Positions 50,595-64,000 are shown, numbered from the stretch's first letter. The stretch: DNA of 64,000 nt from Octopus vulgaris (GCA_951406725.2 OX597821.1:82646001-82710000); one strand, 5' to 3'. The notes: generated by a model from the sequence alone, not told the origin. A program made the numbers and translations.

Positions 50595-53500
50595 CTTTAA
50601 ACATTCATGAAACAGAAAGTCAAAAGAAAAGTTGATCAAAATAAAAAAAAAAAAAATGAAATCACCAGTTTATGAAAAAAACTTGGAAGCATTTTTCTTT
50701 CCCTTGATACTATTTTCTGATTCTCCCATTTCTCCACTCCATCACCTCTTACATTGCCCCCTTTTTTTTTTGTAGCTGCCACCACCTCTTCTTCCTCCCC
50801 CTCTCAGTCATCACACTCATAGTTTGGATATTGTCTATTGTTTTGTTGAATGCTTTCACAATTTCATTACAGAAGACCAGCTCCTCCAGAACAGAATAAG
50901 CATAGAGACAATTCAAATGTCTGACAAAAAAAGGTTTGCACTTTTTATAGCTTTGAAATTTTTTCAAAGTAATAAGATTTCTTGCATTTCTTAAGAAGAT
51001 TTCAGCGTCTTTTAGGATGTGGAATTACTGGCAACTCGACCAATTTCATCACAAGCCAATATATGAAAGAACAGGAATACGATTACTCAATCTGTTATAA
51101 ATAGCAAACAAACTTCCTCAAACCACTTTCTTACAAAAAGAAAGGACACATTGGATAAATGTAGTCCATTATATACAAAATGATGGAGCAGCTATTGCTG
51201 AAAATCTTTACATCATAATGCCAACTTCATCAGTGCTGACCTGGGGCCGTAACAACAATTCCATCTCTTAGGATTGTGGAACAATAACAATCAGAAAGAA
51301 TGGCCACCGCATTAAAAGCCTTTATTTAGAAGCCGGTTAGTAATCTTAACATTAATATTCTCCTGTCTAAAACTGCAGTTAAAGAAATTTCCTTCAATTC
51401 CAGCTGGATAGTTGAAGATTTTAGAGTAAAACAAGTTATTTCACCAGAATTTGAAGAGATACTGCAAATGAGAATGTATAAACAATCTAAGCCACATAAT
51501 TAGTGCTGCAGGAGGTTGTAATAATTAAAAGTATAGTAGGTAGAGTAAGAAATAAGGGTAGGATAGTCTCTCTTTGGGTATAAGGCAGAGTGCATGAAGT
51601 AGATGCCAAGGGTAGGAAATTACAGAATAGTGAAACTGAATTGTTGGAGAGACAGACAAAAGAAACATGATCTGTCTGAGTATGTGATGTATAACGCATG
51701 AAAGAAAGTACAAATGAGCCAAATTGATTGCTGGATATTAACCATTTGCTTGTCCAAAGCATTTAATAAGTTTGTCCTAAATGCATATGATTGTTTATAG
51801 ACTTTTAGTTAGCCCTTGTTTCATACATTGAGAAATATAAAGTCTTTTCTAAGTTCCAAGTTATGCTGGTGACTGAAAAAAAAAATGGGAATGTGTATCA
51901 TATACAATGCAAGGACCATCTAGGAAATGTCTTATGTATTGCATGAGATACAAAGATGATAGCGGGAAATATCTGAAATACAAGATCAAGGAGGTCATGG
52001 GATGAAGGTGAAGGTGACTCTCTGAATGTAGGACCACTCGGTCAAAATGGAACAAGATCAACAGAAATGGTACAAGAGATGCTGTAAACCCATGAAAGTC
52101 ATTCCACTAGTGGGAAGAAAAAGGCATTAAAATGATGGTAATGAAAAATACAAAGCAAGCAGAGTTAAAGGACTTATACAGGCATAACACTAGTCCAGCT
52201 AGGTGTCAGTTTTAGCAACTTTCACCATAATACATAACAGGTTTATGTTACAGTCACCATCTTTATCTTAATCACTTAATGAAACAGATACTTTCCCACA
52301 TTTTTCATGTGCAAGGTGGATTAGCAGGGTCTGCTAGTGTCGTTACCATAGCACCTGAATGAGATGAGTTTAAATCTCAGTGAAAATTTTGTATCTTGAT
52401 GTCCTACTGAAAATTATTTGAAGAGATGAGAAAACATAATGAAACAAGGACAGAAGCAAAGAGAAAGACTAACAGAGACAAAGTAAGTACAGAGGATGGA
52501 AGGGAAGATTGAATTGGTTATACATATGAATATATGTATATATCCTTTACTTGTTTCAATCACTGGACTGTGGCTATGCTGGGGAACCACCGTGAGTTTA
52601 GTATGTTATATTGGTTTCTTTTGTCGATCTGCTAAGTTACAGGGATGTACAAAAATCAACACCTGTTGTCAAGCAGTGGTGGAAACACACACACACAATT
52701 AATAGTGACAGCAAGCTTTTTACCACATAGCCACGTCTGCATGCTATATAAATGTAGGTAAGTATGTATGCATATAATAAGAAGAATCCTTTCTACTATA
52801 GACTTAGGCTGACCAAAACCTTGATTCAATTTGGTAGATGGAAACTCAGTGTGTGTGTGTGTCTCCCACTACCACATGACAACCGGTATTGGTTTGTTAC
52901 ATTCCATAACTCAGTGGTTCAGCAAAAGAGACACCGATAAAATAAGTACCAGGCTTTGATTCAGACCCTTCAAGGAAGTGCCCTAGAATGGCTACAGTCC
53001 AATGACTGAAACAAGCAAAAGAAGATAAAGGAGGCATATATGTTGTGTGTGTGTATACAGAAAGGGGACACACACAAAATTATGAATTTACCACATTTCG
53101 CCATGCAAAAAAAAACAATTTAATAGTTTGTGTGTCTCAGAACACAACATACACAGATGGGAACACTATAAAAACTAATAAGGTGTGAAATGAATACCAT
53201 TACTCCGAGTGTTCCTTTGAATAGTAAATGAAGGTCACGTAGAGACACAGATGAAGGCAGAGGGGGTCGCTAGCAGATTGTAGTGTGAAGAGGAACACTT
53301 GGGTGGAACAAATGAAGCTTTTATGTAACAAAGACCAGCTGGAAAAGGAGAAAGGAGAAGATGGCTATGTAAAACAACTCAATGCATGTATTTCATACAT
53401 ACATAAAGATATACAGACTTATATACAAACACACATAAACCTTTTATCTTTTACTTGTTTCATTCATCAAACTGTGACCATGCTAGGGCACCACCTAAGA

Positions 53501-53902
53501 CTTACTTTAAATTTATGCCTGGTACATATTGTATCAGCCTCCTTTTGCTGAATCACTAAGTCATGGAGACATTAACATACCAGCACCATTTGTCAAGCAG
53601 TGGTGGGAGACAAACACATACAGACACACTCACACACAATCATATACATATACAAATAAAAGTTCAGGATTCAAGTGAATCAGGTCCTTAAATCGTAAAG
53701 CACCAATGCCAGGTTAGTGAAATCCCTATCACATACTAAACAAAATGTGAGGAACATATACATAGATACCAAAGTAAACAGGTATTTATATTCCAGTTCC
53801 AAGTACAATCACAAAGAGCCAACAGAATATATCACAAGTCTTAAGGCTGCACATGGGTACAAACATTACATCACTCTGTGTGTGTGTGTTTATATATATA
53901 CA

Positions 53903-54093
53903 CAGGGTGGCCCAAAAGTAGGTTTATGGTTTTAAATTTCTATCTTACAAGCTCAAAAGGGAGCTTGACAAAATTAACTAAATTAACATAGAAAAATGGT
54001 TTCATATTTTTTAATGATTAAGATCTAAACTGTTAACATATGAATGAGAAAAAGACAGTTGAATAACTGTAAACCTACTTTTGGGCCACCCTG
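53903..54093. mobile_element. Tc1/mariner-type MITE
   Basis: Perfect 24-bp TIR CAGGGTGGCCCAAAAGTAGGTTTA; TA at the right flank and CA at the left; inserted in a microsatellite. Confidence 0.9.
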
Positions 54094-54101
54094 TATGTGT
54101 A

Positions 54102-54144
<43 letters not shown>

Positions 54145-54429
54145 TCTGCTTATCAGTAATACATGAGTAAGTACTTGTGTGTGTGTTTCGTTGTATCTAT
54201 GTTTGTCCCCTACCACCGCTTGACAACTGGTGCTGGTTTGTTTAACTTAGCGGTTCAGCAAAGAGACCGATAGAACAAGTATCCGTCTTTAAAGAATTAA
54301 GTACTGGGTTTGATTCGTTCGACTAAAAGTTCAAGGCTCTGCATGACCACCTCTAATGACTGAAACAAGTAAAAAGATTTTTTTTAAATCAAAGATATGT
54401 GATAACTCTCATTTCACAAAAAGAAAAAG

Positions 54430-56010
54430 AAAAAACGATAACAGTCGAAATGAATGACTTATCCACTTGGTCATAATAAACTGAAACGAAGAATCGAAAC
54501 CGAGTCCCAGACACGGTTCACTAGAAGTTTACCTCTGCTCTTAATTGATTTCTCTTAAATTCAAGGTCCAAGGTCGGGGGGCAGGAAACTATGACGTTGC
54601 TCAAGTCATTCATTCAACGGGGGGGAATCAAATGCCTTGAATCGTTCGTTGAGTACGAAAACCGGGTCGCAACCTCATTCGCAGGAAATTTACTTTATCA
54701 CCAATATCCTATACTATTAATAATAATTGTCAGAAAGAAGAAGAGACACAGAGATTTCTTTATTTATGGAACATTTACAGATAGAGAACCATTTCTATTA
54801 ACATATTCTTATTCTTTCAGGTTTTGTCAGCCACCCACGCTTTAAACTTAATTTTTTATTCAATAACTATCAGGAATAAATATAAAGTAAGCCAGATGGC
54901 CCTTAATTTTGTCATTTAAAAAAAATACAAAAGTATTTGAAGAAAAAAAACCCAGTTATATAGACATAAAAAAGAATAAATATTTATGTTAATTTTAAAT
55001 TTTTCCAGCAAAATCTTATAAAATGACAATCTTCTAAAAGACGTTTATATGTTTATGAAAATAAAATAGAATAAAAAGTGGGGGGGAGCATATAAAAATA
55101 TACAAAATACTTAAAATAAAACAGACTCGTGTATCACGAACATCAGTTCAAAAGTTGTGTATCGAGTTACAGGGTTCTCTTCCGGCTTTTACAATCCAAC
55201 AGTCAGACAGTGAGACATTAAAGGATTGGTGCAGAAGGCAAGGATGGAAAGGGAAACAGTAAAGTCCTTCTACTTCCCCCTACCCCCCTCTCTCTCTCTA
55301 AAATGCCTAATGATGTTTCCAAAGCAAAATTTGAAATAATAACTGTTTCTACTATCAACAACAAATTCTGAAATAAAATGCTTAGCAGATTTTTGTTTAT
55401 CATTATGTTCTGAATTCAAATTCTGCCGAGGTAAACTTTGCCTTTCATCCTTTCGAAGTCAATAAAATACCAGCTGATCGATGTAATCGACTACCTCTGA
55501 CCCCCAAGATTTCAGGCTTTGTGCCTGTAGTAGAAAGAATATATATAATAATATATTCATAATCCCATATTCGAAGGCGTTTTACGAAATGATAGGAAAG
55601 CAATACCGATGTTCCGTTTTGTGAGAGGGCCGAGGACCCTGTTTCACAATATTTAAGGTTCAGCGCTCTCTACCCCAGTGTTCTGAATATGAATCCCCCA
55701 CCCCACCTAAGGAGAGGTCAAAAAAATAAGCACCAACAACCATAAAGAAAATCCATTGAATTCTCCCTCCTCCCCTTTAAGAATAAATTAAAAGTGAGGA
55801 CGGGAGGCGCTCGTGGTAAAAAGAGATCAGAAAAACACTTCCATTTCAATTTCCCTCTGAATCCAATTTCATTTACGTCATTTCGAACCTGCTGATCTTT
55901 TTTGCTCGAAATCATAAGTTCGAGTTTATGTTAGTTAGAGGTTACACACTCCAAACAAGCAGATGACCTCGTAACCTGAAGAAAGCCAGTAAAAGGGCTT
56001 CTACGGGAGC
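54430..56010. promoter_or_regulatory. CpG-enriched promoter-like region 2, with candidate minus-strand first exon ~54533-54690
   Basis: CpG clusters at 54435-54690, 55125-55190 and 55570-56010; donor CAGAG|gtaaac on minus at 54533/54532; CTTCCGG (ETS-like) near 55180; TTACGTCA (CRE-like) near 55873. Confidence 0.55.
55376..55540 (+). mobile_element. SINE family B, partial
   Basis: ttcaaattctgccgaggtaaactttgcctttcatcctttcg. Confidence 0.75.
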
Positions 56011-56112
56011 CGTTGAAGCTACTAGAAATAGCAGCAAAATATCTCAAATTACAAGACAAGTCTTAAAAACTAAAAATAACATAATCTTAAAGAGACTATG
56101 TACGAAAGAGCA

Positions 56113-56153
<41 letters not shown>

Positions 56154-56160
<7 letters not shown>

Positions 56161-56268
56161 ATCACGTGACTGACCAGACCATCAGATGTTGTTACACATC
56201 GCTGGTCACAATGCGTTCGCATTGTTTTAACCTTCGAATGACGCCACCCCGCTGGCTAGGCGAGCAGG

Positions 56269-56272
<4 letters not shown>
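56154..56272 (-). mobile_element. Short retroposon-like end (family E) inside (TA)n
   Basis: CpG-rich ~118 bp flanked on both sides by (TA)n; an older inverted copy at ~5535-5640 also abuts a dinucleotide repeat; strand is inferred. Confidence 0.65.
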
Positions 56273-56300
<28 letters not shown>

Positions 56301-56301
56301 C

Positions 56302-56688
56302 GCGGGCATGGCTGTGTGGTAAGAAGCTTGCTTCCCAACCACATGGTACCAGGTTCAGTCCACTGCGTGGTACATTGGGCAAGTGCCTTCTACTATAGCC
56401 TCGGGACAACCGAAGCCTTGTGAGTGGATTTGGTCAACAGAAACTGAAAGAATATATGTATATATATATCTATGTGTGTGTGTCTTTGTACCACATGACC
56501 GCTTGACAACTGGTGTCGGTTTGTTTACATCCTCGTAATCTGGCGGTACGGCGAATGAGGCCAATAGAATAAGTACTAAGCTTAAGAAAAATAAGTCCTG
56601 GGGTCAACTTGTTCAATTAAATATCCTCCAAGGCGGTGCTCGAGCATGGCCACAATCAAATGACTGAAACAAGTAAAAGAATAAAAGA

Positions 56689-56690
<2 letters not shown>
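56302..56690 (+). mobile_element. SINE family A
   Basis: tggctgtgtggtaag...ggttcagtcc...gactgaaacaagtaaaaga. Confidence 0.9.
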
Positions 56691-56748
<58 letters not shown>

Positions 56749-57460
56749 ATTAGTCATGACTGGAATATTTGATTCATTGGTCTTATCAATCAAGTTTGAT
56801 CTGAGGAGAAAAAAAAAATCAAAAAATCACAAGAAACAAGAACCTGGTGATTGAAATGATGTGCCAGAACTATAGAATGGAAGAGAGGGGAGAAAACAAT
56901 TCAGTTGAATATAAATTAAATTTGAGGATAAGCTGGGATTAAATATGGAATGTGTTTAAGGCAAAAGTGATTCTCATTCTTGTAGACGTAAAGAAGTTGC
57001 AGACATCGCTGTGTGGTGAAGAAGCTCACTTTGTAATCCTATGGGCATGTGGTTTAGGGTTCAGTCCTGCTGAACAGCACCTTGGACATCATGGATTTGG
57101 TAGATGGAAACAGAAAGAAGCCCTTTATATATATGTGTGTGTGTGTGTGTTTTTTTTTTGTTTGTCCCTACCACCACCAATCAATGTTGGTTTGTTTGCA
57201 TCCATATAACTTAGAAGTTTGCCAAAACTGACTGAATAAGTACCAGACTTTAAAAAAAAAACCCAACAAAGTATTAAAACCCAACAAAGTATTAAAACCC
57301 TTCCAGGTGGTGCCCCAATATGGCCACAGAGTAATGACCAAAATAAGTAAAAAAGAAACAAACGTTGGATATTCAAGAGGAAAGGAAAGAAAGACTGAAG
57401 AATTACCTTTTTTTTTACAGTATACTATCATTATTATTATTATTATTATTATTATCGCGA

Positions 57461-57775
57461 AGGCGCATGGCTCAGTGGTTAGAGCATCGAGCTTACGATT
57501 GTGAGGTTGTGAGCTCGAATCCCGGACCGGGCTGCGTGTTGTGTTCCTGAGCAAGACACTATTTCACATTGTTCCAGTTCACTCAGCTGTAGAAATGAGT
57601 TGCGACATCACAGGTGCCAAGCTGTATCGACCCCTTTGCCTTTCCCTTGGATAACCCTGGTGGTGTGGAGAGGTGAGGCCGGTATGCATGGCTGACTGCT
57701 GGTCTTCCATAAAAAAACAACCTTGCCTGGGAGGGTAACTATCTGGGTGCAATCCCATGGTCAGTGTCGTCTCAG
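57461..57775 (+). mobile_element. SINE family C (tRNA head plus CORE-like centre)
   Basis: TGGCTCAGTGG A box and GCTCGAATCC B box, then tgagcaagacact...cactcagctgtagaaatgag; follows an (ATT)n tract. Confidence 0.85.
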
Positions 57776-57792
57776 AATTATCATCATCATTA

Positions 57793-58200
57793 TGGCAGCA
57801 AGCTGGCAAAATTGTTAGCACACTGAACAAAATGCTCAGTGGTATTTCCTCAGTCTTTATGTTCTGAGTTCAAATTCCACCTAAGTCAACTTTGCCTTTC
57901 ATCCTTTCGATAAATTAAGTACCAGTGAGACACTGAGGTCGATGTAATCGATTGGTCCCCACCCACCCCCAAATTTTGTATGAAGTAGACAGGATTATTA
58001 TTATTATTATTATTTTATAAGGCAGTGAGTTGGCAGGATGCTTAACGCCATTTCATCCGTCTCTATGTTCAAATTCCACCAAGGTGCCTTTCGTCCCTTT
58101 GGGATCAATAAAATAAGCACCAGTTGAACACTGGGGTTGATGTAATCAACTTCTCTCCTTCCCCGAACTTGCTGGCCTTGTGCCAAAATTGAAACCATTG
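57793..58200 (+). mobile_element. Two tandem SINE family B copies
   Basis: Heads ggcagcaagctggcaaaa (57793) and ggcagtgagttggcagga (58021), separated by (ATT)n. Confidence 0.8.
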
Positions 58201-58756
58201 TTATTTCCTTTTACTGGTTTTTCAAGCCTTCTGACTGATGGGATGAGGTGAGTTATCCTCAGACCAAACATTAGGCTAGAATACTTGCAAAAGAGTTAAC
58301 TCCGTTAAAAGATACTCAAGAGCTACTTGTTAAGCTGGGTGACAAATTAAGCCTGTCAACTGAATCAACTACAACATAGGTATGTTAACCAGGCTAGAGA
58401 ATTAAAGAATGGCCGAGTCAACTTGGCAGAATTGCAACACAGGATAAAGACTCCCAGAACTTATTTCTAAGCCTGCTTCTCATTCTATCGGTTCCTTTTG
58501 CTAAACCTGCAAAACAGTTGCCAAAAGATAGTGACGGTCAAACAAAAACACACACATATATGTGTATGTATACACACACACACACAATGGGCTTATATGA
58601 TTGGCCTCCAGTTTCCATCTACCAAATCACAAGGCATTATTCAACCTGGGCTATAGAAGGACACTTGCCCAAGGTGCCATACAGTGGGACTGAACCTAAA
58701 AATCACATGGTTGCAGAGCAAGCTTTGGAACCATGCAGCTATGTCTGCACTTATGT

Positions 58757-58959
58757 ATTCTTTTACTTGTTTCGGTCATTTTGACAGCGGCCATGCTGGA
58801 GCACCACCTTTAGTCAAATAATCGACCCCAGCACTTATTCTTTGTAAGCCTAGTACTTATTCTATCAGTCTCTTTTGCCAAACCACTAAGTTATGGGGAC
58901 GTAAACACACCAGCGTCAGTTGTCAAGCGATGTTGGGGACACACACAAACACATACACA

Positions 58960-58993
<34 letters not shown>

Positions 58994-59155
58994 ACAGGCT
59001 TCTTTCAGTTTCCGTCTACCAAATCCACTCACAAAGTTTTGGTTGGCCTGAGGTTATTGTAGAAGACACTTGCCCAAAGTGCCACACAGTGGGAGTGAAC
59101 CCGGAACCATGGGGTTGGTAAGCAAGCTATTTACCACACAGCCAATCCTGTGCCT
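58757..59155 (-). mobile_element. SINE family A (an older A copy lies at ~58455-58750)
   Basis: Collinear with 10571-10960. Confidence 0.9.
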
Positions 59156-59857
59156 GTATATAGGCCCCTGTTATTTATGCGTCCCTTTATCTTTCAGAAC
59201 TTACTAATTACAGATACAGACAGTAATGAAATAACAGAATGAAATCCATATTGGGGTAGGAGCAATTGAAGATGGTGCCCCATCATGGCCACAGTCCAAT
59301 GACTATGGCTGCTATGATGTGGAGTAAATGAAAGAATAAAACTTATATAAAATAACACAAATATCGCAGGATTCAAAACCTGCTGACGATCAGGGTCACT
59401 TACATCATTTAGTATATAATTACATTGTCTATTCAACCATTTTGTCACACAATTTTTATTTTACAACACACACACAGTCAATTGTTGGCTTTATTCAATT
59501 AAGCAAGTTTTCTGTTGCTTATTTATTTATTTATTCACAGTTTTACATCCAGCTTCTTTGTTTCCAGTGAGCAATGGCCAGCATTTTGCTCATGTGGACA
59601 TTTGCATGTAATTAAAGCATGCTTTTTTTTGTTTTTGTACTTTGCTTGTTGTTGTTATTATTTTTTGCACTAGATGTCCTTCCTAGAGCTAACCACTCAG
59701 CTGTGAAGTAAGTAGGAAGCAAGGCTGGGAGTAAAATCCTTAATAGCCTGAAGCAGAAGACTCATAAATAACAACAAAAATTAAGGTTGTACTAGGGCTG
59801 AACCAAAGTAACTGATGATAAGAATCAATAAATATTTAAAGGGAATGGACTGACATA

Positions 59858-59906
<49 letters not shown>

Positions 59907-60679
59907 TTGAAGCACCACCACAAGCAGAGGTTAAAAACTTATCTCTCTCAAAATCATGACTAATCTATTTCATACTAAGCAAGAAACATCCTGGAAAGTG
60001 AATACTAGAGATCAATAAAACATGGAATTTGATGAAAGGATTGACCAAAATTTGACCATGCCATAATCATACAGAAATGCTCTTTCCTTGTCTTCGGTGA
60101 CTTTCATGGGTTGCAAGAGAAAGACAGAATAACATAACGACAAAGCACATGACTGGCAGAGTTCTGATGTAGGAGCCGACGGAGCAATAAAAGGCAAAAC
60201 AAGAATACAAAATTATTTACCAGGTCTTGTCCACAGAAATATATGAACGCAGAAAACTGCTCTCTGATTATCTCATGAGCTACAAATAGCAGCCAAATCT
60301 CTATCAATTTGTACCAAATAGTCTCAAAATAAAAGAAAGACTCATTGAATACTGTAGTCCTAGACACATTACGTCTGAAAAAAAGACAGGCCGTTGATCA
60401 AGGATCTCCTAAATCAGTAGTTACCAGGAGTTAAACAATAACAGGGATATATGAAAGAAACGTCAGAATATAAACAGAAACCTGTGTCAGTAGCAACATG
60501 GATACAACAGTTTGTTCCACTGTCTACGGAGAAATATAATACAGATCTAACAATAGACCTCTTAAAGGAAAGAAAAACTAAGTCCCAAAATAAAAGATAG
60601 AGTACATTCATATGAAAGCTACATCAGCTCTCATAAGTGCTGTTGTGATTGTGTTGATTGAAGGTTAATTTCCAACCAC

Positions 60680-60972
60680 GTAAGAGAACCGTCTGAACGT
60701 GGCCAGCGCCGCCCCGACTGGCCTCCGTGCTGGTGGCACGTAAAAAGCACCATCCAATCGTGGCCGTTTGTCAGCCTCGTCTGGCACCTGTGCAGGTGGC
60801 ACATAAAAAGCAGCCACTACACTCTTGGAGTGGTTGGCGTTAGGAAGGGCATCCAGCTGTAGAAACACTGCCAGATCAGACTGGGCCTGGCGCAGCCTCC
60901 TGGCTTCCCAGACCCCAGTTGAACCGCCCAACCCATGCTAGCATGGAAAACGGACATTAAACGATGATGATG
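60680..60972 (+). mobile_element. RTE LINE 3' UTR, young subfamily
   Basis: CpG-rich; ends catgctagcatggaaaacggacattaaacgatgatgat. Confidence 0.8.
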
Positions 60973-61629
60973 GTTTCAGATTCAGTCCTACTGTGTGGAT
61001 GCATCTTCTACAGTCCTGGACAAATCAGAACCTTGTGAGTGGATTTGACAGGCAGAAACTGAAAGAAGAATCTGTGTGTGTGTGTGTGTGTGTGAGCATC
61101 TGTATATGCAGATGTAACTGTCTCCTTATCTTGACATCATGTACAGTTCTGTCACCATCATGCAGTTCTTGTCCTTTGTTTCTGTGAAATGATATCTGGT
61201 CTTTGCAAAGTATTTATTATCTTACTTGGAAACAGGAGAGGATTGGTGACAGAAAAGGCATCTGGTTGTAGAAAATCCACAACAAATTCTGTCCAATCAA
61301 TGTAAGCATGGAAAAGTGGGCATTAAAAAGGGAAGATGACAATTCTCACCATTACCAACCAGACTCTATTTAGCACAAAGCAAATATTCCTCACCCTGGC
61401 ACATGGTCACTGCTTTACTCCACCAGCACCAGAATGGGAGGGGGGTAAATTTGACTGGCACAAGTATCAAACTCAGAACACAAAGGATTGTGACAAAATA
61501 GCACATGACATTTAATGCAATACCACTTAAACTTTTATCACTTTAAAAGACTATTCACAATATTGCATCAAATAACAATGACAGATAGATGACATCCACA
61601 AGGGAAGGCTATCTCAATAGAACATACAG

Positions 61630-61677
61630 ACATATATATATATATATGAATATATATACACAGACACACACACACAC

Positions 61678-61708
<31 letters not shown>

Positions 61709-62002
61709 TATATATATATACACACACACACACGCACACACACATATATATATATATACACACACACACACATATATATATATACACACAGACACACATA
61801 TATATATATACACACAGACACACATATATATATATACACACAGACACACATATATATATATATACACACAGACACACACATATATATATATACACACACA
61901 GACACACACATATATATATACACACAGACACACACACACATATATATATATATACACACACACACATATATATATACACACACAGACACACACACACACA
62001 CA
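61630..62002. repeat. Compound (CA)n(TA)n microsatellite with ~24-bp periodicity
   Basis: Repeating cagacacacatatatatatatacaca units. Confidence 0.95.
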
Positions 62003-62239
62003 AGTTCCTCGCTTTAAGGCTATTGCAAAAGGCCTGGTTGGAGGCCCAATCTTCCAAGTCCTTTTACAAGGCTTACAAAAACCTGAGAAATGCTGCAATA
62101 AGTGTGTGAATCTGAGAGGGGAATATGTTGAATAAAATCATAATTAACTGATTCTCTTGCATTTTCTTTTACTCAAAGCCAGGAACTTTTCAGCTTCCTA
62201 TAATGAAAACCACAAAAAGCCTTGTGAAATATACCTACC

Positions 62240-63541
62240 CCAATTAACATTTGCCTTCCAAGCCAGTATGGGTTGAGCAGTTTGAAAGGAGTTGGCAAGC
62301 CAGAAGACTGCACCAAACTTAACAGTCTGTTTTAGCATGGTTTCTACAGCTGAATGCCCTTCTTAATACCAACCACTTTATAGTATGTACAAGATTGCTT
62401 TTTACATAGGACCAGTAACAGCAAAGTCACCAAGTAACTTGCAAAACAAGACCTCTCAACTGAAGGGGAGTAGAATTGAGGTAGCTTTGTGCCAGGTGAT
62501 CAGAGGTTAGAGTCTGACAGGGACTGAAACAGGTGTTTTGCAATAAAGAAAAAATATGGCTACCCCAGTTGGAAAGAGAGGGGTGAGAAAGAAAAAAATG
62601 GTAAAGAAAAAATGCTGAGAGGGAAAAAATATGTTAGGACACACCCTCAAATTACAAGGTCTATACATGTGAGACATTACACAGGAATTGGATAGGGTAA
62701 GTTCCCGAGTATGTGAAAGGAGTGAAGGGTAACGGAGGAGAATGCAGTGAGTGAACAGAGGTGGAAGGAGAGAAGTTAGGAAGATATGTTATGGGGGAGA
62801 GATCTGTTGGGAGAGAGAGAGGCATGTGTTTGTGTCTTGACATTACATCATCATCATCATCATCGTTTAACGTCCGTTCTCCATGCTAGCATGGGTTGGA
62901 CAGTTCGACCGGTGATCTGGGAAGCCAGAAGGCTGCACCAGGCTCCGGTCTTATCTAGCAATGTTTCTACAGCTGGATGCCCTTCCTAACGCCAACCACT
63001 CCGTGAGTGTAGTGGGTGCTTTTTACGTGCCACCTGCACTGGTGCCAGGCGAGGCTGGCATCGGCCACGGTCGGATTGGTGCATTTTACGTGCCACCGGC
63101 ATGGAAGCCAGTCGAGGCGGCACTGGCTTCGGCCACAATTCGGGTGGTGCTTTTTACGTGCCACCGACATATTAGTTGTAATAATGAGCCATTGTCATAC
63201 AAGTGGTTTCCCCTCGCTTGCAATCTCTTCATGTGTAAACATGTCTGGTCATGGGGAAATATTACCTTACTTGGAAATAGGTGAGGGTTGATGACAGGGA
63301 AAGCATCCAGCCATTAAAAATCTGCTACAACAAATCCTGCTTGGCTCATGTAAGCATAGAAAAGTCATTATTAAAACAATGGCAAGTAAAAAGCAACCAG
63401 CACACTCTGCTAAGTGGTTGGCATTAGGAAGGGCATCCAGCTGTAGAAATCAAGCCACAACAGATGACTGGAGCCCAGACAGCTCCCAGTCAAACCGTCC
63501 CACCCATGCCAGCATGGAAAACAGACATTAAACAATGATGA
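62240..63541. mobile_element. Cluster of RTE 3' ends (minus ~62240-62830 and 62846-63170; plus ~63200-63380 and 63390-63541)
   Basis: Repeated gcatggaaaa...ttaaa-(gat)n tails and the ggaagggcatccagc core in both orientations. Confidence 0.75.
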
Positions 63542-63562
63542 TTTATATGTATGTATACATAT

Positions 63563-63740
63563 ACTCTTTTACTCTTTCAGTCGTTTGACTGCGGCCATGT
63601 TGGAGCACTCCCTTTAGTCGAACTAATCCTATCGGTCTCTTTTGCTGAACCGCTAAGTTAAGGGGACGTTAGCACACCAACATCAGTTGTCAAGTGATGG
63701 TGAGGGGACAAACACAGACACACAAATACATATAGACGTA

Positions 63741-63773
<33 letters not shown>

Positions 63774-63934
63774 GACAGGCTTCTTTCAGTTTCCATCTAC
63801 CAAATCCACTCACAAGGCTTTGTCTGGCCTGAAACTATAGTAGAAGACACCTGCCCAAGATGCTACGCAGTGGGATTGAACCTAGAACCATGTGGTTGGG
63901 AAGCAAGCTGCTTACCACACAGCCACACCTGCGC
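63563..63934 (-). mobile_element. SINE family A with an internal deletion
   Basis: Matches 10571-10960 but lacks ~40 bp of the 3' half. Confidence 0.9.
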
Positions 63935-64000
63935 TTATATATATATCTTTTATTTATTTTAGTCATTGACCAGCAGCTATGATGGGACATTGCTAAGAAG

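Noticed and set aside
57461-57535. tRNA gene
   Set aside because: A and B boxes are present, but the acceptor stem does not close and the sequence continues into a SINE body also seen at 35618.
61568-62098. Longest ORFs in the track (up to 176 aa), and similar ones at 21626-22048
   Set aside because: They are translations of (CA)/(TA) microsatellites, which lack stop codons.
1-64000. CRISPR arrays, operons or prokaryotic defence systems
   Set aside because: The DNA is eukaryotic and repeat-rich; the tandem arrays have no unique spacers and there are no long intact ORFs.

Overview
AT-rich, microsatellite-dense eukaryotic DNA with no recognisable host protein-coding exon. The SINE and LINE repertoire most resembles what I recall of octopus (cephalopod) genomes; this is inference and was not checked against a database. 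Most of the window is layered transposon debris: three tRNA-headed SINE families, many RTE LINE 3' ends, and R4/Dong-like and CR1-like fragments. It also holds a full-length decayed Hsmar1-like mariner, an internally deleted Gypsy element, a non-autonomous Helitron, and hAT-, piggyBac- and Tc1/mariner-type MITEs. Two CpG-enriched, promoter-like zones (about 6.95-8.1 kb and 54.4-56.0 kb) and a few short exon-like segments with canonical splice sites suggest a minus-strand transcript with long introns. The most notable structures are: a ~360-bp palindrome with hammerhead-ribozyme-like cores (33.0-33.36 kb); a tandem duplication whose two copies supply empty sites for four different insertions (40.8-45.9 kb); a SINE>LTR>SINE nest (35.6-37.1 kb); and long inverted repeats that could form dsRNA. 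I cannot support a new multi-gene system from this sequence. Coordinates of old repeats are approximate.
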